DNA of 58,580 bases, the filler included, from Sphacelaria rigidula (lineage: Eukaryota): NCBI GenBank assembly GCA_964200075.2. It is 8 parts of 8 records of this genome, joined end to end, with 100 filler letters (N's around TTAATTAATTAA, not from the genome) between each part and the next. Parts side by side here need not be neighbours in the genome. Positions count along the whole stretch, not along the records: positions 1 to 7,236 come from CAXNAA020015831.1; positions 7,337 to 14,571 come from CAXNAA020015832.1; 6 more parts are not named here. The stretch is one strand, 5' to 3'. Each line of letters opens with the position of its first letter. Position 1 is the first letter of the stretch. A program made the position numbers and the translations under genes. The notes under the pieces were generated by a model. That model did not search any database. It was not told the origin of the DNA and was given only the letters and a program-made list of their open reading frames with translations. This document shows, piece by piece, positions 1 to 13,014 of this stretch.

Positions 1-2619
1 AGAGATGGGTTGATCCCTTGAGTCCACGGACTCATCCCGAGGAAGGGGAGGGGTTCAAAGTGTGAGGAGAATGTCTCCGCTGGATATAACGGCAAGCAAC
101 AGCAAGCGTGCCATCGCTCTCCACTCAACACAGTCTACTGCATGCTGCTGACGTATCTTACGTGTTCCACAACACTACTCGTATAGAGGTCGAGTGAAAG
201 CTATATTGTCTGCGCATAGACGACGGGCAGAGTAAAAATCACGTCATTTGTGCCCATCCATGTTTTCATGGTTGAATTGCCGTGACCAAAAAAATGAGAA
301 GTACGGCGAGACAGCGAACTGGTCCACCTGTAGTCCACCTGTTGGGAAATCTAGTGACCATGTGGATAGCCGTGGCTGGTCAGAATGGTTACTCCGCTCC
401 TCTTAGCCCTTTTTCCTGATTTACAATTTGCCGTAGCAAGCTTACAAACACACATGGTTTACTCGCATGGTTGACTTGGTGAGCTTTTCGGCTTTTCTGC
501 AAGCAGCCAACACCCCCACCCCCCTCTCAAAAACCACACATCCCGCCACCTGGTATCCCCGGATTTTCCTGGACGGCCAGCCTATGAAGCTGCTCCGAGG
601 CGACGCTCGCTGCCTAAGGGGTACGGCTGACTACATATTACTCCGAAAATCGGCACCGAGTTCAAAGGTACGGGTCGCTATATAATAATGAACCCTTTTG
701 GAACTCACAATGGAAAATTGCTCATTTGCAATTGCCGGTTTTTGAGCAATATATGGTTGATGGTTTACAGTTCAGACGCAACAACATTTACCCAATGTGT
801 ATTTTTCAGACATGTGCGAGTGACAAGTGGAACAAAAGCGGGTTTTCTTTTCACCGATGTGCTGTACTAGACCCTGGAACCCATCGCTGTTTTTTTAATG
901 GAATGTTTCATACAACCGTTGCGTGTTATGATTGGACAAACCTCACCCGACCTCTCCAGGGAGGATATTTTTTCTGCTCCCGCCGCGAGTGCTACTGGAT
1001 TCTTCTTCGGTCTTTCATTGTAAAATGGTTGCTTGCCGTTGGCCTTTTCTGCTTCCATCCTTTCCTCTTCGTCAGGGCTTCTCATATTGAGGCGTTTGGC
1101 CCGGGGACAGGAGGAGGCGAGGGCTCCAAATCGGCTATTTTTTGTTATTTTCCATGATTGTTGAACGGATTTGACTCGGGTTTCTTGTGTTGATGGACAC
1201 GCGGCGCTACTCGAGCCCCATTTACCGCAGAGAGGTCAACAAGATTGAATTGTTTGAGTTTATTTTGTCCAGGCCCGGTCTGGGCATCATCTCCCTCCGC
1301 CAGCTGGCTATAGCCCGAAACGGTACAGTATACCCATGATATTTTCACAAGCACCGCCACGCCATCATGAAGCGGTATACCTTCGGAAGGGGGGCGGTGC
1401 TCTAGTACACCGGTCGCACACGCAAAGATGATACATGTTTACGTTATAATGGCTGTCCGATGTCCCGTGTGGAGAGTGCTTGGTCGTCTTCGCCATTGCA
1501 TCTCTGTACAATTAGTGTCGCGGCATCGACTGTATCTTTACCGCAAGATGGGCCAACCCTGGCCAGGCGGTGGGCATTGCGTGGGTACTGTCTGTACGGC
1601 ACCGATCAACACAAGCCATCCCGAACAATAGCACGACGGCCAACAAGAGTGAGCTATAGTAGCCGCATTAATGCCGATATAGTCCTCTTCTGGGGTTATG
1701 CCATCCGGGAGGATGAAAAAACGCACAGCGACAACGATAGCACCGTCTTATTTCATGCCTCGTATCCAAAGCCGTGCAGGATACAGGGGGCGAGAGCTAA
1801 GCGCAAATGGAGACTGCAACGCCAACCCCCGCCACCGCAACCATACCGCAGGCACGACGACGCTCATAGCGAACGTTGGATACACCAACCCGTATACCGA
1901 AGGACAAAGCACTCCTTGTGGGGCCGTTGTTGTCCTGGATACCATATTTTTGCAGCACGGTCCTGTGCTGTGGCTGCGGTGGCTGCGGGGACCAGAAGGG
2001 TATTGAACACGAGTGTGACATAGTCCATACTAAAATAAAGTTTGCATTATGTAATGCGTTGTGAAATGTAGAGGGTCTGGATATAATTGAAATTAAATTA
2101 CTTGAGATTAATCAGTCTGTGCGTTATGTAATTTGACCCCTATCTATGCACCCACCGCCCGCAAATCTAGCGCTGATTTTTTCCCAGCAGTTTTTTTCCA
2201 ATTCGAAAAAAGATTCCATTTTAGACCAACTTGCATGGCAGTCACCAGTCTCAATTTTTTCGAGCATCGGGGGAAAAACATCGGGAACGCATTTGATGGA
2301 CACCGATTTGGACCAACTCGGAGGCGAAAAAATCGGGCAGTCACGATCTCGGAACGGTTTCCCCCGATTTTTCGAAAAAATCGGTTAAAATCGTTCCGGA
2401 GATCGTGACTCCGCCCAATTTCTTGAGGTGACGTACGTGCATTGACGTACACTGGTAGGGTACGAGGCGTTTGATATTTTTGTGACGGCAGCAGTGGACA
2501 GTCTCGTGACAGCGCAGGGCGTGCCTGCCCGCGCTAGCTACCGAAGCAGCTTCACACGGGGTTTGACACGCGGATAATCAGTGCCGATGTCGTACCCTGC
2601 GGCGATGGTCATATTTCAT

Positions 2620-2664
2620 GCTGCGCTGCGCTGCGCTGCGCTGCGCTGCGCTGCGCTGCGCTGC
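2620..2664. repeat. (GCTGC)9 microsatellite
   Basis: Perfect pentanucleotide tandem array. Confidence 0.95.
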
Positions 2665-4039
2665 CATATGTATCACTATCGCGAACGCTACTGTACTCTC
2701 CTAGTCTGTTGTCGCTGTACTTGAGGGGTGATGTACGACACTGCACTACTGAACTCTGCTCGCGCACTGTTCGTTCACTGTTCTCGCAATATCAACTGTG
2801 CTATCATGTACTACCACACGGCATTATCATGTACTGTACTGATGGATTGTCTTGTACTGTATTACCCTAGGGTACTGAGGTACGACACTGTCCTCAAGGA
2901 TTTTTCGCCGCCTGCCTGCTCTTCGGCTTCATGCACTAGTACACAGTACCACACTCAGGCAGAAAATGACCGTCTGTATATAGAACTGTTTCACAAATCT
3001 GTGATCTGTGATACTGTCTGTGCCATAATAAAATGATCCCCCCGATTTTTGAGTCCACGAAGTTGAGTTCCCCCGATTTCTTCAAAATCGGGGTCTTGTA
3101 AAACTCGAGATTCGCAGCCATAAAAGTTGGTTTTTGATTCCCAAAAGGAAAAAAAAAGTTGAGAATGAGAGTGTCACAAAGAGGATGAGAGTGACGAAGA
3201 GCCCACGTGTGGCAACCATTTCACGTTCCCTTTAGCTTTCGCATAGCACTGTTCCTCCGTTCTCATCGAATTCAATCAATGAGAACGAGAGTGACGAAAT
3301 TTCGCTTCCACATCGCCTTGTCTCTCCGTTCTCATTATCGAAGTCAACCAGTGAGATTGAGAATGACGGACAGCCCACGTGTGGCAATCGTTTTACGCTC
3401 TTTTTCGCTTTCGCATCGCGTTGCTCCTCCGTCCTCATCAAAAATAATACTTAGGTCGTGTCGTAGGCCGTGTCTTGGCACATTACTTTCCGATCGAAAA
3501 TGTGCGGTGAAAAAGGAAAACCTCGCTCTGATAGGTCGTGGTTTCAACTATCGTTCTGTAGTTCATTTTGAAAATGGGGTTCTTTTCCCCCGCATATAGC
3601 CGATCGAAACATGATGTGCTAAGGCCGGATGTTATGGCAAACAGATTTTTGGCCCAAGGATTGTTCACTTTCATGACGTTTGACCCACCTTTTGACCCCC
3701 ACGCCGAGAAAACCGCCAACACACGTCTCGGACACCTTGCATCACCCCACAGGTGGCTCCGAGGTTCGAAATTGGCCGCGGAACAAAAATTTGCGCGTAA
3801 AAATCTGTGCCTGCCGACCCCCACCAGTTTGGCACATAACATCCGGCCTAAGGCCCCCCTCTTTCATGTTTGCTCCTCACGGCGCCGGACGCTGAGCACG
3901 CCGAGTAGTGCGAAGGTTGCGCTTTGAATTTTCTGACTCCGCGGTCACATATTCTGTGTTTTTGAACCAACGGACTCGAAAGTCTTCTTTGATTAGCTTT
4001 TTCAGACTGATCATGATCTGTCAGACGTGTGATATTTTT

Positions 4040-4592
4040 CGATGGAAAAATGGATGTGCGAAGACACGGCGTAAGGCACGCCCTTGGACCGACTTTAATG
4101 AGAGCCGTTCAAAAATTCCCGTTGACAAACGCCTTTTTGGTCCTTCTCCGTCGTTTTACGCCTGAAAAGAGGGCTAGGCGGACATTGACGCCTCGGAATG
4201 ACTTGCTCTACTCATTGAGACCGTTCCAGGGTAACTTTGCATTCCCAACTGGCTGCACTTCTGTTTTTGACCAAACACGGATTTAAAAAAAAAAAACGGC
4301 CAAGCGATGAGAACACAGGGGGAAATTTGATCACCTGACCATTTTTTGCTGAAAGTCTGTGTTTGACCTAGTATGGCCAAAAATAAAACTGTGGCCAGCG
4401 GGAAAAGTGAAGTTGCCCTGAAACGGTCTCAACGAGTAGAGCAAGTCATCCCAAGGCGTCAACATCCGCCTAACCCTTTTTTCGGGCGTAAATCGGCGGA
4501 GAAGGGCCTCGAAGGAAGTTTTGAACAGAAATTTTGAACGGCTCCCATTAGAGTTGGCCTTGGGGCGTGTCTTCGGATTTTTTTTTTCGATC
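4040..4592. repeat. Imperfect ~550-bp foldback, copy 1 of contig-1 repeat unit
   Basis: Left arm (gaagacacg...gagccgttcaaaa...gacttgctctactc...gagaccgtt) recurs reverse-complemented at ~4360-4590. Confidence 0.8.
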
Positions 4593-5867
4593 GAAAAAGT
4601 GGGGCTGTGGAATCGGTTTGAGCGAAATTCGCTCATTTTTTTCTAGTTGGGTTCAAGCGAACCTTCAAGCTTTCGATCGGAAAAAGCCAGTGAAATTCGT
4701 GAAACGGTCTCGTGTACAGTACAGTCTATACTGCTTGCGCTGTTTGCAAGCAGTGTCTTCAGTGCGTGTGTGCGTGTTTCGTACTGGATGATATAAAAGA
4801 GAATCGGTCAACGTGTAGTGCAGACAGGTCAGGACTATCAGTTCTCTCTGCTTACAATGCGACGTGAAGAGGACGTGGACAACGTGCAGCTTTGTACTGC
4901 CTGCACTGTCCATGAGCGTGCACGCTCCTCGGTTGCCCACCGTACCACGCAGTTCCGTCGCTGGTCCTACCTTGAAAGAAGATGCGCAAGTTTTCGCCAA
5001 CAATAAATAAACGAAGCATACCCAACTACTGCAATGTATCCATCCCTGGGCTCAACTCGTGATCTATGCTGTAGGGTTGCGGTGGTAGCTGAAAATGAGT
5101 CGTGCGGTTCGCGTTGTCCTGTGAACAACAGGTGTTCTCTGGTGTGGCGATCTGTAAGATAGGAATCAAGTGCCGCTTCGTGCTTTTCGACCGCATGTTT
5201 TCGATAGAAAAGGATCATTTTTTGTGTCGAATAGATTTCTCCGCGCGCAATTAATTATAATTGTGAGTTGAAGCCTTCTAGGAACACAAATGCGTTGGAC
5301 CTATCAGATCGCCAAAACTGAATTCGACTGCACTTTTCCGATCGAAAAAGAAAAGCAACCGCTGCTTCTTATGAATTAAAAAAACACATTGAAAAAACGC
5401 GTGTTCTGATGGATGACCAAAAACCCTCTTCTCATGTTATCAGAAAACGCGTGTTTTTGAACAATTTTTTACGATAACACCTTTTGGTCGCCCAAAGTTA
5501 TCAGAAAACCTTTCTGATGGCTTTGCGCTACGTATCGAAGAAGGTAATTGAAAAGGCGTTTGGAATCCCGCTGCTCACCAACACCATGCCCCTTTTCACC
5601 CCACAACAGCACCGATGCTGGCTTGGCTGATATCACTGCTGCCGTTGCTGTTGCTCGCGGCCAGTCGGCGTGTCTCGGCACATCGTCGCCGCCCGCCAGA
5701 AGCGTAGCAGAAGAGAAAAAATATTATTCGGTCGAGAAGATGTGGCGCAAGAAAAAATCCGATGTGACAGCTCGTCATTTGTGTACACGCCATTCGTTTT
5801 GGAAAATGACATATCAGATCAGAACTTTTCGTTCCCACCGCGCTTTTTCGAATAAAAAACATACGTG

Positions 5868-6345
5868 CTAAGGCTACTTCTTATGTAGCAAAAACCAAAA
5901 GTTTTTGAAAAGTGCATTTTTGGCCCTTCTCCGTCGTTTTTCCCCCGAAAAGAGGACGAGGCGGCTGGTGACACCTTGGAATGACTTGCTCTACTCGCCG
6001 AGACGGTTCCTGAGCACCTTTGAGTTTGCCGTAGGTCACGGTCTCGTTTTTCGCCAAACTTACATTTGCAGAACAAACGGTCAAGTTACCACAAAAATGT
6101 CAGTTTTCCCACCTGTTTTTAAATAACTCGGCCGTTTGTTGTTGAGAATGCAAGTTTGGCCAAAAACGAAACCGTGACCCACGGCAAACGCAAAGGTGCT
6201 CAGGAACCGTCTCGGCGAGTAGAGCAAGTCATTCCAAGGTGTCAACAGCCCCCTCGTCCTTTTTTCGGGGAATGGACGACGGAAAAGGCCCAAAAGTGCA
6301 CCTTTCAACAAGTTTTATTTTTTTATGCATAAGAAGTAGCCTAAG
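5868..6345. repeat. Imperfect ~480-bp foldback, copy 2 of the same unit
   Basis: ggctacttcttatg...gacttgctctactcgccgagacggttcctgagcacctttg pairs with caaaggtgctcaggaaccgtctcggcgagtagagcaagtc...cataagaagtagcc. A further partial unit lies at ~6490-6580. Confidence 0.85.
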
Positions 6346-7165
6346 GTCGCTTTTTATGGCAAGCGAAAATAAAAATCTGGAAACCTGCTGCCTTTTTGGA
6401 ACTTTTGCGTCGTGCTACATTCTAAGGCCGATCCTTGAGACAACCAAACAAAAAGTCTGGTACAATCTTGATAAAACTGCTTTTTTTTGTCCTTCTTCGT
6501 TGTTTTACGCTTTGAAAGAGAGCTAGGCGGGGTTTGACCTCTTGGAACGACTTGCTGAACTCCTTGAGACGGTTCCAGGACATCATCAGAGTACGGTACG
6601 GGGTTCAGTTTTAGGTCACTTCGTGTCCCGTGAGAATCTCACTGCTAGATGAATTTGTGTTATTTTTCTTCTCAAGTAAAGTTTCCACTACTCTTCAAGT
6701 TTCCACTACACTCTTCAACTCGTGGGGCCTCTTGTCTGACAAAAAAAAAAAGTTTCAAGTAAGTGAATTCTCAACGAAGCCTATTTCTCGGAGGATCCCT
6801 CTTGGAAGAAAAATTTATCTAATCACAAAATTAGCGCTGTGAGAAAATGCAGCGAGGCAGCAAAAAGTGGTGTGATGGGCTCGGGTCATTTCTGCTCCTC
6901 CTTACTATAGATGGCTTCACGTTCTCGATAACTCTTCGCGCGCGACCGGAAGGCATGAAAAAAATGAAAACTTTCTAAGTCTCTTCAGCTTGAAAAATGC
7001 GGCGCAGACATGCACACGTCAAGAAGAAATAACTCTGTGCTTGGTTACTCGGTTGTCATGTGCAACCGTTGGAGACGTGTCCCTCAACATTTTCGAGGTA
7101 TTCCCCGCCATCTACACTCACGCTAAGCGCCTGATACCCTCAGAGGTACGTAACCCCAGTCCATC

Positions 7166-7168
<3 letters not shown>

Positions 7169-7236
<68 letters not shown>
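7169..7236. repeat. (GT)n microsatellite at contig end
   Basis: Perfect GT run up to the linker. Confidence 0.97.
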
Positions 7237-7336
7237 NNNNNNNNNNNNNNNNNNNNNNNNNNNNNNNNNNNNNNNNNNNNTTAATTAATTAANNNNNNNN
7301 NNNNNNNNNNNNNNNNNNNNNNNNNNNNNNNNNNNN
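7237..7336. other. Artificial contig linker
   Basis: N44-TTAATTAATTAA-N44 (stops in all frames). Confidence 0.99.
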
Positions 7337-7893
7337 AGACAAACCACACAAAAAAACGATAAAAAAAAAAAAAAAAATTCAAAACAAAACAAAAAAAAAT
7401 TCAAAAAAAAACAAAACAAAAAAAAAAAAAACTGAAAAAAATAAGAAAAAAGAGGAAGGAAAAAAGACTGCTGCTAGCCCTCTTCACTGTAAAGTGCAAT
7501 TGCTAGGAGCGAGATCACGTCGGCCCCCTTTAGTATCAGTCAGAATGCTTCATGAACGTCGTATGACGTCGTAGCTTTGCTGGAAGCAAAACGGGCTGGC
7601 CTTTCTTTTGTTTGAAATCTGGCCTCACTGCGTGACGACCCGCCCACTGAGTACTGTCAACATCACCATCACTCGTCAGGATCACCGGTCGTTGGGCCAC
7701 AGCACGACTTTTAATGTACTCATATCAATAGGTGCCATGGCTCTACCGTACCGAGAGCAACAAGGTATTATGATATGCTTGCATTTTTATACGTACTGAA
7801 TTTAGTGACACTTTGAACCGTTACACTTTAGACCGCACACAGCAGCCGATCCAGGGATACATCACATCGATCATCATCACCGACAACACTCAC

Positions 7894-8127
7894 ACGTTCG
7901 GCAGCCTTCGATTTTGACGATAATTCCGCGCCACCAAAGCTATGCTGAGTCCCCCTCACTCTATTCCCGGTCACCGTCACCCCGCTGCTACTCCCGCCTC
8001 GCACGCCCACAACATTTCGAAGTACATGCACACCCTTAGGATGGTGCGCAGCTGTTGATGTTGCTTCCGTATCATGTGCAATAGCTAGAATGATAGCAGC
8101 GGCAAGTACCATCATCGGGTATCCCAT
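7894..8127 (-). CDS. Candidate first exon of a signal-peptide protein
   Basis: MGYPMMVLAAAIILAIAHDTEA... has a hydrophobic N-terminus, a later VRGG motif and a GTGAGT donor at 7893-7888 (phase 0). No downstream exon found. Confidence 0.3.
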
Positions 8128-11100
8128 GTTTCGCTATTCCTAGCGCCACTGTGGCGCGTAGAACCTTCCCCTATATGCTGTGTTGGGGTAATGATTCACC
8201 TCACCGGGACAGCTCACTTACCGATCCACGGGAATTGATAGCGCGCGAAATCTAGTGTGAGAATGGAGAGTGTGTTGGGTACCTGGGGGCTTGCAGGCTC
8301 AGCTATGCAGCGCTGTCCATGTACCACACTGCCTATCGTACTGCATAGTAGGCCACGAACCTAACTGTTGTACGACAAGCTATACTTGAGTTCCGGTTGG
8401 TATATCCACCTCACCGTCTGTTCCCTCTGCCTACTTCTCTGCACCGATCGCGTCACACAACTGTACAGACGTAACTGTACTTTACTGTCAGGGTGGGTGC
8501 TGGCTGTCTCGTAAAGGTTAGAGGTTTGGTGTTTGTGCTCTGGCAGCCGGTGCATTCCATCCAGGGGACGGAACCTAGACGCTACACCCGCAGCAGCACC
8601 GACGTGGACATCGGAACTGTCTTCACAGGAGCCTTGAGCTTCGGGGTTTGACTGCATTGGAAAGAGTTGGGGGTTGTGTAACTATGGCAGGTCGTCAGCA
8701 CAACAGTGGCAGATCACGGCAGCTGCAGTGGATGCGGCCGACGGCGGCAACGGCGCTGCTCTCACTTCTGCTGAGAGGATGCTACGGTACGAGACTCGTG
8801 TACATAGCTTTTCCACAGTACGGTTGATGGACACGGGTCAAATATTCGCAATGTGCAACTCCACCTGTAACGGTGTTGCCTGAAGCTCTGTGGCCGTTAC
8901 ATATCAAATGCAGTATATTAATAGCTCAACACCAGCATCCACAGACGACAGGATCCACCATATATTTCGAATGACCATCGTGGGGGACGTTCGTGATTGC
9001 ACTCGAGTGCCCGTGTGTTGGCTAACGTCAAACGTTGCAGGGGAAATGAAGATACGTCTATCGACAAGTCTGACCATATTCCTGCCCGCCCTCCTCCGCT
9101 CTGTGCAGCGCGCAGGAGAGAGTGCCTTCCCTTCTGTTTTGGTACAGATGTGGTCCCATCATGGTGCGGTGTGGTACCAGCATGGCACGTGGCACGACTG
9201 CATTGTTATGTAGGACCTCGCGTAACACTGAAACAGTACAATTGCTCGTACAAGTAAGAGTATGCCAAATCGAACCTGTGACTGGTGATCGTGACCGTTT
9301 CAGTTGGACACCGCACTTGGAAGAGAACCGGAGTACTATGCCCTCCCGCCTGTGCGGTCTTTGTCTATCATCTCTTCATTGTTTAACGCAGCTCAGCAAA
9401 TGAGAATACATCTGCGAGCTCGTCCGGTAGCTTGTGCCTAATTATAGCGGCAACCGTAGCGGCTCATCGAACGTCAGCAACAGGCAGTATTTCAATATTT
9501 GCACATCGATTGGGGCTGTGCTTTCAAGTCATCGTCGCTGTTGTCGCTGCTGCTCAGCGAGGAAAAATGAGAGGGAAAGGCGATTCGATAAAAGTAGCCA
9601 GATAGGTGTCTTGTAGCCGTCCCGTTGCAAGATGTGCACATTAGAGGCTGGTTCGGCATACCCGAAAGTTATCTCTCGGGATGATGAAAGCACTTTGCCT
9701 CGTCGTGGGGATTTTGACAACAAAAAACAGTACAGCACAGGTCTCAAATAAGCTTTTGTACAGCAGCCGACGATTCATCTGGCACTTGTTGCGGAGGCAA
9801 CCATCAATTGACATACACCAATACTGAACATGTCATGTACCAGTGAGCATACCCTCAGTTCAGTCACAGTGATGCTCTACGTTCTCCGAGGGCAAACCTC
9901 TGGACGGCTCAGTAGGCACCGCCCCAACAGCAGAGGTTGTAGTCAACAAGGCATGTCGGAATCTGAAAACTCCGCGATGCTCAGAGTTCGTATGGTTTCA
10001 CCGCCCGCCCATAATGTACCGGGGGAAACGAGCCGTCGGACTAGGTCTAACTTCAAATCATTGTCATCTATTAACCGTTCGATGCCCAGGGTACAGCACC
10101 TTCCCGCTAATAAGAAATACTATATTGTGGCCCAGTCTCGAAACCTTTTAGTGGCGAGAGGTCCAGCTGAATTGATCACTCGGGGATATCTTCATGTGTG
10201 ATGGTGAATGACCACGTGCGTGAATTAAACTAGTACTCTGGATGTGGCGATCGTTCTCAGAAACGACCGGCGAGTAAGAAAAGATAATTCTAGTCGAATG
10301 TGGGCTTGTAAAGTAAAAATTGGATACTAGCGGTACGTTTTGATGAGTTTGTAAGACGGGAGATCAGTCTATACATGATTGACCATACGGGCACGCTGCT
10401 GCTGAAGATTTGATTGGCCGAAAGCAGGACGCGTCAGGCTGATTTTGTAACATGACAGTGTTGTACGCGTGGCGGGAAAAATGTTGTGCGAAACCCTTCA
10501 CCGCCCCCCGAGCTATTCACTCATTTCTCCCACTAAAACAGTCTACTTCCTTTCGGATATAGGATTACAGCAGAACGATAATCAAGAGAGCCTTCAAGTT
10601 ATCAACAACACCGCTGATATCTTCCTTTTACTGGGTGATCGAGTCCACAGTTTGACCAACGTGGGTTGTTGAGACTGTGTGTATAATAGCCCTTCGTGTA
10701 CATCTGTACCCCCCGGTTGTAGTATATGAGGCTTGGTCCCTGATTCCCGAACAGCTGTTGCTGTTGTTGTCTGAGAGGATTGCCTACAGAGTGTTTCACG
10801 AACTGAATTCAGGAAAAGCTTGCTAACATCCCTTCCTTTGGGGTGCGGCTTGCTATATTACTGTAGTACTACCACGCATGCTCCCGACGAAAACATTGCA
10901 GAACATCAGCGATCTTTCATTTCTTAGCTTCCTATTGGCAGCCGGCTCCACGGGCGAACCCCTCTCGGCCTCTCATGGGAAACATTTGCCCTGCATGCAT
11001 ATGTGTTGCTGGTGCACGGCCACGTCCAAAACGGTCTTGCCATGTTCGGAACACTTTGAGTTATTTCTCGGATCCGCGAATGATGTAAAAGTCTTCTCAG

Positions 11101-11354
11101 CCCGCAGAGCGACTGAGGAGCGGATATCGTGTGTTATTTATCCAACCCTGTGACCAGTCAGAATTGTGACCTGCCCGAATATCAGTTTATCTTCCAAGTT
11201 GGTACCTTTGCGATGCAATTTCTTCTCTGGCGATTTCTTATTTTGTCATCCTGCGGAAGTGAATCATTCCTGTTGAAGCGTTTTTTTTCCAATTTCTTGA
11301 GCGTTATTCGTATTTCTTACCGCACACGAAAAAGTTGGCTCCCAGATTCTTACG

Positions 11355-12360
11355 TGTTCATCTGAGTCTTTCCGGTCATTTTTGAAGTAAAAATCATGCC
11401 GGTGAAACAGACAATCATGCGTTGCAATCAGTGGGTCAAACCTTTCAAGGGTAGGTCGAGTAGAGTATACTCAATACCCAGTATTTTTGAAGAGTCATAC
11501 TATTAGTACTCAAAATTTGAGTAGAGTATTGGAAGCCGTACTCAACGTGCTCGAAATTTGAGTAGAGTATTTTAGACCGTACTCAACCTACTCAAAAATT
11601 TGAGTAGAGTATTGAGGTCATACTCAAGTGATACTCTATACTCAAGTATTACTGAGAGTGCTCACTCAATATTTGAGTGGAGTATTTGAGGTGGTACTCG
11701 ACCCACTCAAACGCCGAGTAGAGTAAATACTTGAGTATTTTACTCGAGTACTCAAAAGTACGTACACTACTCGACCTACCCTTGAAACCTTTGACCGCCA
11801 TGGTGGGCGATCTTAATCTCAAATTCACTTTTCAAACGAAAATGATACCGACTCAACAGATGATCCACCCTGGGGATATAAGGGTTAACTCGTTCAGCGC
11901 CGGGCCTCGTTTCGGTACAATATTTTCGGGTGACAGTCCCGCAGGAGAGGTGCACATTATGTCGTCGTGGTCTGAATTTTGAAACGTTGTATAGTTGTCT
12001 GTACGATAGCGACCCCATGGATATCGGCCTTGTCATGTAGTGCCGGTCGATCAATATCTGTTCTCATAAAATTTTATCACAATAGTGTCCTGTAGTGCTG
12101 ACCCCTATATTCCCAACGAGCCATGCACCATGAGGGGATGTGGACGATATATTTTGCGTTACCTGTCGTTATCCTTGTCCACTCCTTGTTTTATGGCCCG
12201 CAGAAAGTACTGTCACGCTGTGCTCACCCTGGCGGTGGGCAGCAGCTTCGCCTCAGCCGTCTGTGGGTCGGTCATGAACGTGCGCCGTTGACGCGGTCGC
12301 TGCTGCACAGTGGCCTAGCTTACAACGCAGCTGCTACCGTTGCAGCTTGAAGCAGTACTG
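11355..12360 (+). mobile_element. Decayed copy of unknown coding-derived repeat family U, interrupted by a MITE
   Basis: Aligns to the reverse complement of ~54290-54970 on both sides of the 11446-11784 MITE (e.g. SAGPRFGTIFSGDSPAGEVHI vs SAGPRVGIIFSGDGPAEEVHI). Confidence 0.7.
11446..11784. mobile_element. hAT-type MITE (339 bp)
   Basis: TIR CAAGGGTAGGTCGAGTAG...CTACTCGACCTACCCTTG, perfect 8-bp TSD AAACCTTT (11438-11445 and 11785-11792), internal GAGTA/TACTC repeats. Confidence 0.92.
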
Positions 12361-12779
12361 GTCAGATGGAAATTACCAAAAAACGCGCTTCCGCTCTCCT
12401 ACTACCCCACCCCCTTCCCGATGCGTCGCGGGTACCGTGCTTGTTTTCTTGACTATACAGGCTGGGCCGCCTAAGAAGCTCACTTTCCTTCAGCCCGTTT
12501 TAACTGACGATGTATCGCGAGTTGGGCCTACTATGACACATCGCGGTAATTGGCAAATCACCGCGCGTCTTCAAATCCATGTAGCACTACAATCCGACAA
12601 GGTCTCATCAAATGAAATACCAAACTGTAGCCAAGTGCGAAAGTGTGTAGAGTTGAGGGTGTTATGTGCAGCGGGATTAGCCAAAAGAAAACGGCTGAGA
12701 TTGTATTTTCGGTTAGTCAGTTCTGTGCCGCGTGGTGCCGCACAAGCTGAAGCACAATTCCTGAGCTCAATATTTCGTC

Positions 12780-13014
12780 GTTTTCGATGAAATTTTGACA
12801 TGATGTACAGGACGTATGTGCAAACGCTCCTTCGTTCCTCCCGTGTGTTTTTTGCTCTTCTTCGTGAGTTATTGGCGAAGGAACATTTCAAAATAGGTAT
12901 TTTCCGGAACAAAAATTGCCAAAAACTCACGGAGAAAATAAAATAAAACACAGGAGGAAAGGTTCGGTATTCGCACATACGTCCTGTACATCGTGTCAAC
13001 ATTTAATCGAAAAC
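12780..13014. mobile_element. MITE-like foldback
   Basis: TTGACATGATGTACAGGACGTATGTGC...GCACATACGTCCTGTACATCGTGTCAA inverted arms extending outward. TSD not resolved. Confidence 0.65.

Noticed and set aside
7281-7292. Recurrent TTAATTAATTAA at regular ~7.3-kb spacing
   Set aside because: Artificial linker inside N-runs, not a biological periodic motif.
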